IMG/VR virus record: IMGVR_UViG_3300025122_000006
DNA: 64,000 nucleotides
Origin: a virus
Direction: 5' to 3' (one strand)
Both the position numbers and the translations under genes were made by a program. This document shows positions 32,486 through 42,302 of this stretch, in pieces (position 1 is the stretch's first letter; every line of letters begins with the position of its first letter). The notes under the pieces were generated by a model. It was not told the DNA's origin. It was given only the letters and a program-made list of their open reading frames with translations, and ran no database searches.

Positions 32486-33835
32486 TCAAATATCTAATTT
32501 CAATTTAAAAGTATAATCTCTGGCTTCTGTTTTCTTTACTGGATTTGCCAACGATGTGACGGCAATAAGGTTACTGTTTTCATCGTAAATGTTTATTTTA
32601 GAAATATAAGTAGTTTTTTCAAACGAAGCTGATGTGTGGGATGCGGTAACCACATTTTTGATAGAAGTTGAGCCTTGTGCAAAAATATTCCCGGATCCTG
32701 TTTGAGCGACAAGCTGCTTACTTAAATCGCGATATGTGGGATTGTTGGAGTGATTAATCTGACCCTTGTCGGCATGAGCGAACATTGTCATCGAGGTGAC
32801 ATAATTAGTACCTTTAAAATTGAGATCGTAACTGGAGGCCGATAAAGTTGTGTGTTTTATATAATCATTTAATGTTGTTCCATAATACAACCAAGATGAT
32901 CGAATTGGTGTAGATTCACCATCGTACATAATACCAATATTATCCGGGGTGCCAACATTAAAATCATAAGAAGCGGTAAGCATTATTATGCCTTCATCAT
33001 ACATTACTAATCCTACCACGGAACCCGTACTCGACCCGGTAACTTCTATTAGTTCTCCATTTTCATTCTTGTCAGAACATTCAGCTATTTTAGAACCAGT
33101 TATGCGAAACTTTAAATTCACAGATCCTTTCTTTATGCTTGATCCATAATACATTTGAGGAATAAAAATAAAATTAATATTTGAAGTTAAAAGGTTTCTA
33201 TTAGGAACGGTTGAGCCATCGTGACTTATATAAACCCCATTTGATTCCATAGAGTCCCTAAAGAAAAGACTGGAAGTCCCTGCTGTTCCGCAGCCTTCAA
33301 AAATAAAATGTGGAGAAAGCACAGAATATTTTCTGGCGATATTTTGTAGCGCAGAAGCGGTTGGGTTAACACTCAAAACTATAGTTGCATTTATATTCGA
33401 CCCAGAGGGAATGTCAAATGCGGTCACCACCTCAGTGTCTACCTTTGAAGTTAAGCGCCTTGTGATTGGTACAGAATAACTATATGAAGACGTTACAGAT
33501 TGAACCTGACCCAGGCCAAACAGTTTGGATGTATAATAGCCATCTAAATTTGTATTAGCAGACGCCAATGCAAGATTTTGTGAAAACGAATTAACAATCG
33601 GATTTGAAAGATTTTTTCTAAAATCTTGGCTAAAACCATGAGAAGCTGAAATTGTTGGCGTTGCTGCTAAAGTATTTCTATTTATATCATAAACAATGAG
33701 TCCACCGTTAGAACCCGATGTAATTTTCTCTTTATTTGTATACTGCCTTGATTGGTAAATAAAGATATTGTATTCTGGGTAAGTTTTTAAACGGTTTACA
33801 AATAAATCATCCTCGGCAAACTCAAATTTGTGCAT
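32486..33835 (-). CDS. tail/baseplate structural protein (paralog of the next gene)
   Basis: C-terminal TYISKINIYDENSNLIAVTSLANPVKK...FKLKLD, a collar/fibre-anchor-like motif. Confidence 0.65.
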   Translation of the reverse strand: MHKFEFAEDDLFVNRLKTYPEYNIFIYQSRQYTNKEKITSGSNGGLIVYDINRNTLAATPTISASHGFSQDFRKNLSNPIVNSFSQNLALASANTNLDGYYTSKLFGLGQVQSVTSSYSYSVPITRRLTSKVDTEVVTAFDIPSGSNINATIVLSVNPTASALQNIARKYSVLSPHFIFEGCGTAGTSSLFFRDSMESNGVYISHDGSTVPNRNLLTSNINFIFIPQMYYGSSIKKGSVNLKFRITGSKIAECSDKNENGELIEVTGSSTGSVVGLVMYDEGIIMLTASYDFNVGTPDNIGIMYDGESTPIRSSWLYYGTTLNDYIKHTTLSASSYDLNFKGTNYVTSMTMFAHADKGQINHSNNPTYRDLSKQLVAQTGSGNIFAQGSTSIKNVVTASHTSASFEKTTYISKINIYDENSNLIAVTSLANPVKKTEARDYTFKLKLDI

Positions 33836-35016
33836 TAGTAATCTAATCTTGTCCTGAAAGTTAGTTCTATTGATGGATCCTTGCGAATGGGCTCCGACAT
33901 TTTCCCAACTGCTAGCAGTTGATTATCAGCTGAATAAAGGCCAACTGAAGTTATATAAGAAACTGCTTGATCGTTTACACCCTTAACAATTCTAAGATTG
34001 GATCCGCTAAGATATGTTGGGTTTGATGAATAGTTAAATTCGTTATGATTTAAGCGGCAAAAATGAATTGTAGAATTAAGCTCCACGGTGTTATTAAACT
34101 CTATCAGATCTATTCTGCGCCGGAAAGCATTGGCCGAACCGCTAATTTCTTCGGATATTAACGAACCAGTGAATCCAGTGGTTTGATTAAAAAATTGTAG
34201 CGTACCAGAAGAGGTCAGCGATGCCTGTCCTCCACGGATTGCTGAGGCTCGGAGGAGGCCTTCACCGGTTCCACCTGATTCGTCATAAGCTTGGAGCAAA
34301 GAACCAGTTAAAACAACAACGCCGGCTTGATAATATATAAGTCCGCAGCGCCAATATGTAAAGCCACCGATTGTTTTGGTGTTAGTATTGCTTGTGTGAA
34401 TATTTCCACCTTCGGGTCTTGTCGAACCAGCAGCAAAGTCAAAGTCTTTAGAACTAGTAGCATATAATATTCCATATTCTCCCGCTGGACTATTAATACG
34501 ATAATTGGTTAAAGCATCCGCATCAGAAATAGTTACATGATTTCCAAAAGGTTCGTTAAAAGAAGCACTAACTCCTATTCTCATAGAAAAAGTTTGTTTT
34601 TTAATTTCATCTTTCACAAGTAATCTCGAGAATGGAAGGAAAATACATGTATCCATTTTGGCTCCACCCGTAAGATCGCCATCCTCGTCAAAATTTTGGA
34701 TATTTCCATCTTTATCAAAACCTACTAATACTTGAGCCATTTGATTATAAATATTATCTTTTTTGGTTGTTTGTGATGTTACTGCTAAAGGAGATGTAGT
34801 GGATGTTCCAAAAGCAATATCAAAAATATGATTTGCGCTAGAAGACAAATAAGGGTAATCATATACCGACTGAAACATTCCATGAGCATAATCTTTTATG
34901 TTAGCATCTGCATACGATCCACTAACAATAGAGCCTGTAATTGGAATAGCCTCGTGTAAAAGTGTTTTAGTTGAAACTACATCTTGTGAACCTAGTGGTT
35001 TATAAATACTCGCCAT
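33835..35016 (-). CDS. tail/baseplate structural protein
   Basis: FNYSSNPTY...YITSVGLYSADNQLLAVGKMSEPIRK...FRTRLDY. Confidence 0.65.
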   Translation of the reverse strand: MASIYKPLGSQDVVSTKTLLHEAIPITGSIVSGSYADANIKDYAHGMFQSVYDYPYLSSSANHIFDIAFGTSTTSPLAVTSQTTKKDNIYNQMAQVLVGFDKDGNIQNFDEDGDLTGGAKMDTCIFLPFSRLLVKDEIKKQTFSMRIGVSASFNEPFGNHVTISDADALTNYRINSPAGEYGILYATSSKDFDFAAGSTRPEGGNIHTSNTNTKTIGGFTYWRCGLIYYQAGVVVLTGSLLQAYDESGGTGEGLLRASAIRGGQASLTSSGTLQFFNQTTGFTGSLISEEISGSANAFRRRIDLIEFNNTVELNSTIHFCRLNHNEFNYSSNPTYLSGSNLRIVKGVNDQAVSYITSVGLYSADNQLLAVGKMSEPIRKDPSIELTFRTRLDY

Positions 35017-35028
35017 TTTTTTTTCCTA

Positions 35029-35967
35029 TTATAATTTTGCAAATCTTACTGGTATATCGATTGCATATCCAGTTGTCAGACCGCTGACCCTTACAATTGT
35101 ATCAATTGTAGGTATTGCCGGGGAAGCCCCTGCATTATTTTCGACTGCTGTCGTGGTGCCAATTGTGTCAAATAAATAACTACTATTCCTCAATCCCATC
35201 GAGGAAAATATTTTAAATTCTAGTGTGGACGCAAGAGGTCCATTAATCGGCGATGAAGTTGCCGTTAACTGTTTTTGAGAAGGAGTAAAAACAAATTTCG
35301 GATCACTATTCTTAGAAATAATATACGTTGCAATATTGTCATCATCAATGGCAGTTGGGCTTAAAAATGTTTTTCCATCTTTATCAACAACTCCGCCTAA
35401 ACGATTATCGATTTCAATTTGAAATTGCGTTTCAACAAGAGAAGGATCAATCGTCGAAACGTCAGTTGAATGAATACCAGCATCAATTTTGATATAACCA
35501 CCGCCGATATCAGGATTTTGCCCGAATAAAACCCCCACAATAACATTATTATCTGAATCAAACCCAATACTGGTGGTTAGTCCAAGATGAGAATTGTCCT
35601 CTGTGTTGTCATCTGTCGCAATAACAAAATTTCCAATAGAGCCGTAAGTTTTGACGCTATTGTTAGCGACTGTATTTAATTTTAATATTGGTAAATATTG
35701 AAGGTTTTGTTGAGTCAAGGTCATCAATTTCGACTTCATAGAAGACATATTGTTCGTAAATGCCTCAAGAATCGGAGTTTGTAAAATACTTAAATCTTTT
35801 TGTGCTGTTGAGGCATTATAATCATATAGACTATAATTTATTTCATCATCGCCTAAAGCAAATTTAACGACTCGAAAAGACCCATCTCCTCTTGCTAGTC
35901 TTCTTCTTCCTTCATCTGTTAAAACAACATCAAGAATAATGTCGCCGCTATTGTCTTGAAATGCCAT
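35029..35967 (-). CDS. tail/baseplate structural protein
   Basis: N-terminal LDVVLTDEGRRRLARG...KFALGDDEINY, a fibre-anchor-like motif. Confidence 0.65.
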   Translation of the reverse strand: MAFQDNSGDIILDVVLTDEGRRRLARGDGSFRVVKFALGDDEINYSLYDYNASTAQKDLSILQTPILEAFTNNMSSMKSKLMTLTQQNLQYLPILKLNTVANNSVKTYGSIGNFVIATDDNTEDNSHLGLTTSIGFDSDNNVIVGVLFGQNPDIGGGYIKIDAGIHSTDVSTIDPSLVETQFQIEIDNRLGGVVDKDGKTFLSPTAIDDDNIATYIISKNSDPKFVFTPSQKQLTATSSPINGPLASTLEFKIFSSMGLRNSSYLFDTIGTTTAVENNAGASPAIPTIDTIVRVSGLTTGYAIDIPVRFAKL

Positions 35968-35987
35968 TGCATATCTCCTTTCTTATC

Positions 35988-35995
35988 TAAATAGC
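35988..35995 (-). promoter_or_regulatory. putative late promoter motif GCTATTTA
   Basis: 20 nt upstream of the ATG at 35967. Confidence 0.5.
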
Positions 35996-36012
35996 AAAAT
36001 AAAAAGATTTTG

Positions 36013-38241
36013 CTATGTTTCATCTGCCAATCTGAAAGTCACATTAATATCCATTTTCTTTCCAGTATGTTTTGATGTTATCCTAAATTTAAATGTTTTA
36101 AAAGCATCGGGCCCTAAAAATAATTTATTTGATAAAATTCCGATTGCGTTATCAGACTCATTAAAAATTAATTGTTCAAAGTTGGGATAAATTTTCATAA
36201 TTCTTTTGGCCATCTTAATATGTGTATTATAATTTTTTTCCTCAAACTTAAATTCATGAATAGAAAGTTTGGTTTCATCAGAATCCTCAAGCAATTCTAC
36301 TTCATAAATCACTGTAGGGTTTGAAGGAGTATTATGATAACTCATAGATCTAAATAAATAGTAATACTTCTGATTGGGAACAATTTGATCTTCAAAAAAA
36401 GCATCAAAATTTTCTGTTGAAAATGCAAAATTTTTATGTCCAGGTGCGATATTATGCCAAAACCAATTATTTTTTTGATCGACAGTTGTCAAATAATTTC
36501 CTCTAAAATCTGATATAAATTTAGGCTTTGAATCCATTCTATAAATTTCAAAAGCACCTATAGCATATTTATTTACAAAAGTAGTTCCATAAACAGAATC
36601 AGATGAAACTAACAAATTATTACTGATCTCATCATCAGAATCTAAAATTCCCGTAAACTCAATATGTTTATCGTACATTTCGTTTAAATTTGCTTGAAGA
36701 TAAATTTTCAGGGAATTTCTTTTTCCCCTTTCATTATAAAAAATAACTTCTGGTGTAGGAGGGGGTTCATCAAAGAACATCTTTTCAAAATTTTGTAAAG
36801 GAATCTCAATAATTTGAAGCGATGGTTTAATGGTGACCTTGAGTTGTGCTTTATATTTATCTAAAGTTGTGGAAATCTGATCCTCCAGCACTTCGTTAGT
36901 CGAAGATTCCATTTCACCAGATTCATTTGAAACAAACAGATCTGAATAAGAATAAAGAGATCCCAAAACTATTTTTAAACAAATCGCCTTATAAATATAT
37001 TTTCTTCCAAATTTCAATTGTGTGTCTAAAAAATTTGTTAAAGAAGTGGTGTAATAAGTTTGAATGGGCAGGGTTGCATCGTTATCTAAATATTTTTCTA
37101 TTTTGTATCCTAAAACATATTCTCTACAATCCGCATGTCTTTCCCCGATATCAGCTACATCATTTTGAGTGTTGTTCCTTATGCCATTTATGGTTTCTTC
37201 ATAATCCCTCAAATTATTGAAAATTTGTGTTTGAAGTTTTTCCAACATTCTAATTTTTCTTATTTGATTAATAAATCTATTTGAAATTGAATTTGGATTA
37301 ATATCTTCCTCTTCTAATAAAAAAGTTTCATCTCTTTCTTCTAAAAAATTTGCCGCGTCATAATTTAAAATTAAGTTTATCATATTATGCGCCCTAACAT
37401 TTACTTGATCCGAGTTTGCATAAAATCTTGAATTTTGAAAAGCAACATTTCTTTTTATACCTTGAAATAAATATTTAAGCTGTCTTGTTTCATTTAAAAA
37501 ATCTAAAGTTGGCATTGGGAGTATACTGTTATAATTAATTTGTAAAACATATGGTAACACTTCTCCCAAACTCTCAACTCCGAGGTGCCTCCCTTGTTCT
37601 ATAAGAAAAATATTTCTTTGTTTAACATTTAGTTGCGACAGAGACCCCGTATAGTTTTCTATTCTTGCTGTATATTCATTATATAATCTCTTAAAATCGT
37701 TACTTGAGTTTGGAATTTTTCCATCCGTATCGGTACTATCAAATTTTGTTAATATTCCGGATGAATTTCGTATAAACCGACCCGCTTCTGCATTATTTTT
37801 ATAATTCATCAAATTAATGTTTAATAAAAGATTTGAATCATAAATTTTTGTCGCGTCTTCATATTCAGGATTATGAATATTTTTATTTAAGATTTTTTCT
37901 AAATTATAATTGTTATTAATGATAAAGTAATGATCAAAAAAATTTCTATTAGTATTTATTTTTTTATTAATAAATTCTCTCCATTGTATATGATCTCTAA
38001 ATTCTGAATCGCGCCCAACTATAGAAATTGTTTGAGTTTTCTCCGGAAACAATACCACATCATTTATTATAGGTGACGTAATTATAGTTTTATTATCATC
38101 GAGCTTATTTGATTTAAACTTGTCGGTGCTGCTTAAATTGCCATCTTCGTTTATTTCCCAATATTTACCGAGCTCTGCTCTAAGGCTATCTGGAGCCGAA
38201 AGGTTTATTACATTATGTGGATCAACGTATTTAATAGCCAC
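36013..38241 (-). CDS. hypothetical virion protein (very AT-rich gene)
   Basis: 742-aa ORF in the tail operon. Confidence 0.65.
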   Translation of the reverse strand: MAIKYVDPHNVINLSAPDSLRAELGKYWEINEDGNLSSTDKFKSNKLDDNKTIITSPIINDVVLFPEKTQTISIVGRDSEFRDHIQWREFINKKINTNRNFFDHYFIINNNYNLEKILNKNIHNPEYEDATKIYDSNLLLNINLMNYKNNAEAGRFIRNSSGILTKFDSTDTDGKIPNSSNDFKRLYNEYTARIENYTGSLSQLNVKQRNIFLIEQGRHLGVESLGEVLPYVLQINYNSILPMPTLDFLNETRQLKYLFQGIKRNVAFQNSRFYANSDQVNVRAHNMINLILNYDAANFLEERDETFLLEEEDINPNSISNRFINQIRKIRMLEKLQTQIFNNLRDYEETINGIRNNTQNDVADIGERHADCREYVLGYKIEKYLDNDATLPIQTYYTTSLTNFLDTQLKFGRKYIYKAICLKIVLGSLYSYSDLFVSNESGEMESSTNEVLEDQISTTLDKYKAQLKVTIKPSLQIIEIPLQNFEKMFFDEPPPTPEVIFYNERGKRNSLKIYLQANLNEMYDKHIEFTGILDSDDEISNNLLVSSDSVYGTTFVNKYAIGAFEIYRMDSKPKFISDFRGNYLTTVDQKNNWFWHNIAPGHKNFAFSTENFDAFFEDQIVPNQKYYYLFRSMSYHNTPSNPTVIYEVELLEDSDETKLSIHEFKFEEKNYNTHIKMAKRIMKIYPNFEQLIFNESDNAIGILSNKLFLGPDAFKTFKFRITSKHTGKKMDINVTFRLADET

Positions 38242-40582
38242 TTGTTCCGCCTCCTCTTGGACTGCTATATGAAGAAGGAGCAGCGCCGGGCTGTCTGCCT
38301 CCCGGAGTTGTTGTTGTAGGTGGTGAGATCGGTTGGACGAAATTTTTCAATATTTCCAAAATCCCTCCCTTGTTTGGATCTTGAACTATCACGTTTGATG
38401 TTGAGTAGGGAGAAAATTGCATTTCTAAACTCAATAATACCGATGGAATATTATAGCCTGGGTCTACTAGCCCGAATGACAAAGCCGGCACAGAGGGTCG
38501 GACTGGTTCGACAACAAGTGTGTTAGAAGATGGTAATACCAAAGTCATGTTTGCTCTCACCGGTGTTGAATACTGTTCTTCATAAAGACCAATGGAGGGA
38601 TCAGACCATTTTTCAATTTTTATTAATTTTGGCATATCGGAACTTAAATCAGCAGTATTCAATATTTTATAAATGGGCGTAGACATAATATATTTATCTT
38701 GTTCATTTTTAAGAAACCCTTGAAAGACACTTAAAGTATGTACATTCTGTTGTGTTTCTTTTAAAACAGCGCTAGACTCACTATTTTTTAAAGGATCGAG
38801 ACCATCTTTAATTTTTATACCACCGGATCCTGCCAGGCTACTGATTTGTGAAGGAATTGGTTTGCTAGAACGTTGATTTTTAGAGGCTTTGAAAGCTTTT
38901 GAAAAAGGAGCAGTTTGATTAATATCTTTAAGGGTAGTCACCTGTTCCGGATGATCCAAAAACTTTTTAGGAAGCGCATCAGAAAGAATCTTAAAATTTC
39001 TTGCTTCTTCTCTATTTATTTGTTCTTTATCTATTTTTTCTATAAATGGTAAAACATCACCTATAAAATAACTGTCATCTGGAAGGTATTCTTTTGTTTC
39101 CATAAAATCTGTATCTTCTCCTTCTCTTGTCGATTCTAAGTTAGATTTCACACATTTACCAATTGATAGGTTAAAACTATTTTGTGAAACTGTACCTGCT
39201 CTAGTTGTTGGAAAGCTCGATTTATATTTATTATTAAATTTAGATTCCTGGGCTTTGACTGTTTTGATTAAACGAATTTGTTTCATTGTAGTCGGGTTAA
39301 TGGCCGATAATCCTAAAGATAAATCCACAGTGCTTTTCTGATAATTAATGCCTATAGGTGTCATATGCGGACTAAACGCCGCTGGGGTGACAGTTCTTTG
39401 GGACTCATTTGTGCTTCTCTTAAGAAGGCCACTTTGATTAAAAATCATAAGATCATCAACTTTAGAATTTGTAATAATATTATAGCTCAATTCATTATTA
39501 ACTCGCAATCTGTATGTCTCATTTGTTCTAAAAGTTGTAGATTTTTTATCATTTACTATGTTAGATATTTTTATATCATTAACAGAGAAATTCATTTCAC
39601 TAATTCTATATTTCTCCATTAACCTGGAATGAAGGGCTGTAAGTTCAATTAATATATTTTCCATTAATTCCGGAGTTGTTATTGGCACTGGTAAAAGTGT
39701 AAAATACATAGATTTGACAATGTCGTCTTTTGAGTACTCTTCACCCAAAAGTTCTTTAGCTGTTATATAATCTTTAATAAGTGATCCAAATCTGGTTCTT
39801 GATAATATAGCCATGTCATTAACAGTTAAAGAAAATTTAGCTGGATTCACCTCTATCTGAAGTCTATTGAAGAAATCTTTTACAAATGAATCATGAAATC
39901 TGTTCTCCTGATAATTATAAAATTGAGCATTTTTAATAAAAGTAACGTGATTTGAGGCAAATAAAATTGCTTTTTGTAAAGAATTCGTTGCTTTTTTAAC
40001 ATAATTCTCGTGTTTTGTGTCTACGAATAATTCTATTTCATAATCCACCGATATTGCATTATTTTTTACGGGAGTGTAGTCGCTTATAAATAAAGTTTTG
40101 ATATTTGGTACCAAAGTAGCCTCCCTGACGAACGAGACCCTTTGTGCTCCTTTTATGTCTTCTATTGTAATCTCTTTGGATGATAATATTTTTAAATAAC
40201 TTCTGTCTTCTATTTTTGATATATCTACATCGTAAAGCCTTTGTTCTCCAAAATCATATCTTTGTATATCTTTCACCCTATTATCGTTTCCAAAACTAAA
40301 AGATAAAATTATGCTGTCGAGAGATTTATAAGGCCGCAAAGTCTTGACTCCCACGCTATTAACTTCATAAGTTTCTTCTATAACTTCTTTTAAAATTACT
40401 TTTCCTTGATTATATATAATATCGTCGCTTAATGCATTAAACAATTGAGGATTAACTTCGAACATAATAGATGCGATGTTGGAAATACTTTTTGCTAATT
40501 CCTTTTCATCTATATGAAGAGCCATCGTTACAAAATTTTCCGATTCTGATTCTACTTTTAAATTATAATAACTTGAAGACAT
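38231..40582 (-). CDS. hypothetical virion protein
   Basis: 783-aa ORF with P/T/S/G-rich tail. Confidence 0.65.
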   Translation of the reverse strand: MSSSYYNLKVESESENFVTMALHIDEKELAKSISNIASIMFEVNPQLFNALSDDIIYNQGKVILKEVIEETYEVNSVGVKTLRPYKSLDSIILSFSFGNDNRVKDIQRYDFGEQRLYDVDISKIEDRSYLKILSSKEITIEDIKGAQRVSFVREATLVPNIKTLFISDYTPVKNNAISVDYEIELFVDTKHENYVKKATNSLQKAILFASNHVTFIKNAQFYNYQENRFHDSFVKDFFNRLQIEVNPAKFSLTVNDMAILSRTRFGSLIKDYITAKELLGEEYSKDDIVKSMYFTLLPVPITTPELMENILIELTALHSRLMEKYRISEMNFSVNDIKISNIVNDKKSTTFRTNETYRLRVNNELSYNIITNSKVDDLMIFNQSGLLKRSTNESQRTVTPAAFSPHMTPIGINYQKSTVDLSLGLSAINPTTMKQIRLIKTVKAQESKFNNKYKSSFPTTRAGTVSQNSFNLSIGKCVKSNLESTREGEDTDFMETKEYLPDDSYFIGDVLPFIEKIDKEQINREEARNFKILSDALPKKFLDHPEQVTTLKDINQTAPFSKAFKASKNQRSSKPIPSQISSLAGSGGIKIKDGLDPLKNSESSAVLKETQQNVHTLSVFQGFLKNEQDKYIMSTPIYKILNTADLSSDMPKLIKIEKWSDPSIGLYEEQYSTPVRANMTLVLPSSNTLVVEPVRPSVPALSFGLVDPGYNIPSVLLSLEMQFSPYSTSNVIVQDPNKGGILEILKNFVQPISPPTTTTPGGRQPGAAPSSYSSPRGGGTSGY

Positions 40583-40593
40583 GCCTACTATTC

Positions 40594-41274
40594 CTAAAAT
40601 TCTAGTTCTATTTTTGTATTTTCAATTTGAACAAACCTAAGAAGCTCATGCGGATCACCTGTGTGTTTGGAGCCCTGCATGTGTCCTTGTGTGGGGTTAA
40701 GGTGTACAGGACCCCCATATTCTTGGTTTGTTTTTGGGAAATAAAAATATCCTGAAGTTTTTTTTGTTTCACCGTTGCGAAAAACCACCTCGGATGTCAT
40801 TGGGCCATAAAATTTGTTAAACAATGGGTTGGAGAAAGTGAAATCATCTAAAAAAGCAGCAGCATAAATCGTCAAATTATTAACCCCATCTCCTTGATGG
40901 TCTGCCGGTACAGCAAAGAAAACCTGAGAAACAAATTTGTCAACCTCTTCGTTTGGCTGGAGCGTTTGAGCGGGGGGCAAAATCTTTACATTTGCCCCCT
41001 CAGTATCGGCCTTGAAATGAACTAAGCTAGACCTACCACCATTGAGTTCATCGGTTAAGGTACTATAAAGATCGTTTCTAAAATCATGAACCAGAAGAAA
41101 TTTTACTTTTAAATTGGATAATTCAATTCTATCTTTCCAACTTCTTTCTTTGTGATCAAACATAGACCAATATATTTGAATTCTATAATTAAAACCACTA
41201 TCCGTCAATCCTATTCTAATTTTATCAATATAAACATTTGGTAAATTTTCTGTTCCAACACTAAAAATAGACAT
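40594..41274 (-). CDS. hypothetical virion protein with His-rich C-terminal motif
   Basis: YGGPVHLNPTQGHMQGSKHTGDPHELL. Confidence 0.65.
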   Translation of the reverse strand: MSIFSVGTENLPNVYIDKIRIGLTDSGFNYRIQIYWSMFDHKERSWKDRIELSNLKVKFLLVHDFRNDLYSTLTDELNGGRSSLVHFKADTEGANVKILPPAQTLQPNEEVDKFVSQVFFAVPADHQGDGVNNLTIYAAAFLDDFTFSNPLFNKFYGPMTSEVVFRNGETKKTSGYFYFPKTNQEYGGPVHLNPTQGHMQGSKHTGDPHELLRFVQIENTKIELEF

Positions 41275-42302
41275 TAATCACAATCCTCCAAGTCTCCAGG
41301 TCTTACTCTACTAGAATAAATATCAAACCGTTCAGTTCTTTCCTCGGGACAAATAAGTTCTTCATCTAAAAATTGATTATTAATTTCTAATTTATTAATA
41401 ACTTCACAAAGTTCCTCGGCGGGGATTTCATCATCGACTTGTATATTGAAATAATATTCAACTTGATCTTGAGGCAATTCTACTCCCTCTTGGTCGGCAA
41501 TTAGTCCTGGAAAAAGATCATTGTAATCTCCTTCAAGAACCAACAAATCATTAACTATCGCTTGCTGTTGCTTAACGAATTTTAAAGGAAACAATATTTC
41601 TTTACTTTCGCCATTATTATAACTACCGGACTTAACCATAAAAACTTCAATTTCAAAATTTTCTTTTTCGTAAAAAGAGTTAAATTCTTTTAAATGAATA
41701 ATTGGGGTTTCGAATTCCAATTTATTGTATGTGCCGTCTTTTGCAACTGTAGAAGTAAAAGCATACTTTTCAGAAGGATTAACTAATTGGCTTTCTGTCG
41801 TTTTTGATACCAAAAATTCATATTCTATTTGTGGAATTTGTAAAGAATCTAGCACTTGCCCTTTACTGGATGAAAGAAAATTTACGCTGCTACTTATTTC
41901 ACCCTGTAACATTGTAACCTGAAAAGCCGGAGTTTTATCCGAGGAATAAGATGATCTGCCTAATGCATAAATTCCTTTTTGATTTGGAGATATTTCTTGT
42001 AATTCGCCTCTAATTTCATTAATATTTAAATTTACCGAGCCAGTTTGTCCGTAATCAAATTCAGAATCTGTCTGTATACCTCTTTTCAAATATAATGTTT
42101 TAAGTTTCGGTGTTTGATTCATAATTCTATCATGAGAATCTTCTTGTGCTTCAACCGAATTGCTTGAAGAAATGTCATAAATAATATCATCATCAACAAA
42201 TTCATAAAACTTTGGTTTAAATTTTCCAATAGATAGGAGATAACGACCATATGGTGTCAGCTTTATGTCCATTACATCTGTTTTTTTATTGAAAAAAGTC
42301 AT
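41274..42302 (-). CDS. baseplate/tail structural protein
   Basis: N-terminal DIKLTPYGRYLLSIG...FVDDDIIYD resembles the start of 35029..35967. Confidence 0.65.
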   Translation of the reverse strand: MTFFNKKTDVMDIKLTPYGRYLLSIGKFKPKFYEFVDDDIIYDISSSNSVEAQEDSHDRIMNQTPKLKTLYLKRGIQTDSEFDYGQTGSVNLNINEIRGELQEISPNQKGIYALGRSSYSSDKTPAFQVTMLQGEISSSVNFLSSSKGQVLDSLQIPQIEYEFLVSKTTESQLVNPSEKYAFTSTVAKDGTYNKLEFETPIIHLKEFNSFYEKENFEIEVFMVKSGSYNNGESKEILFPLKFVKQQQAIVNDLLVLEGDYNDLFPGLIADQEGVELPQDQVEYYFNIQVDDEIPAEELCEVINKLEINNQFLDEELICPEERTERFDIYSSRVRPGDLEDCD

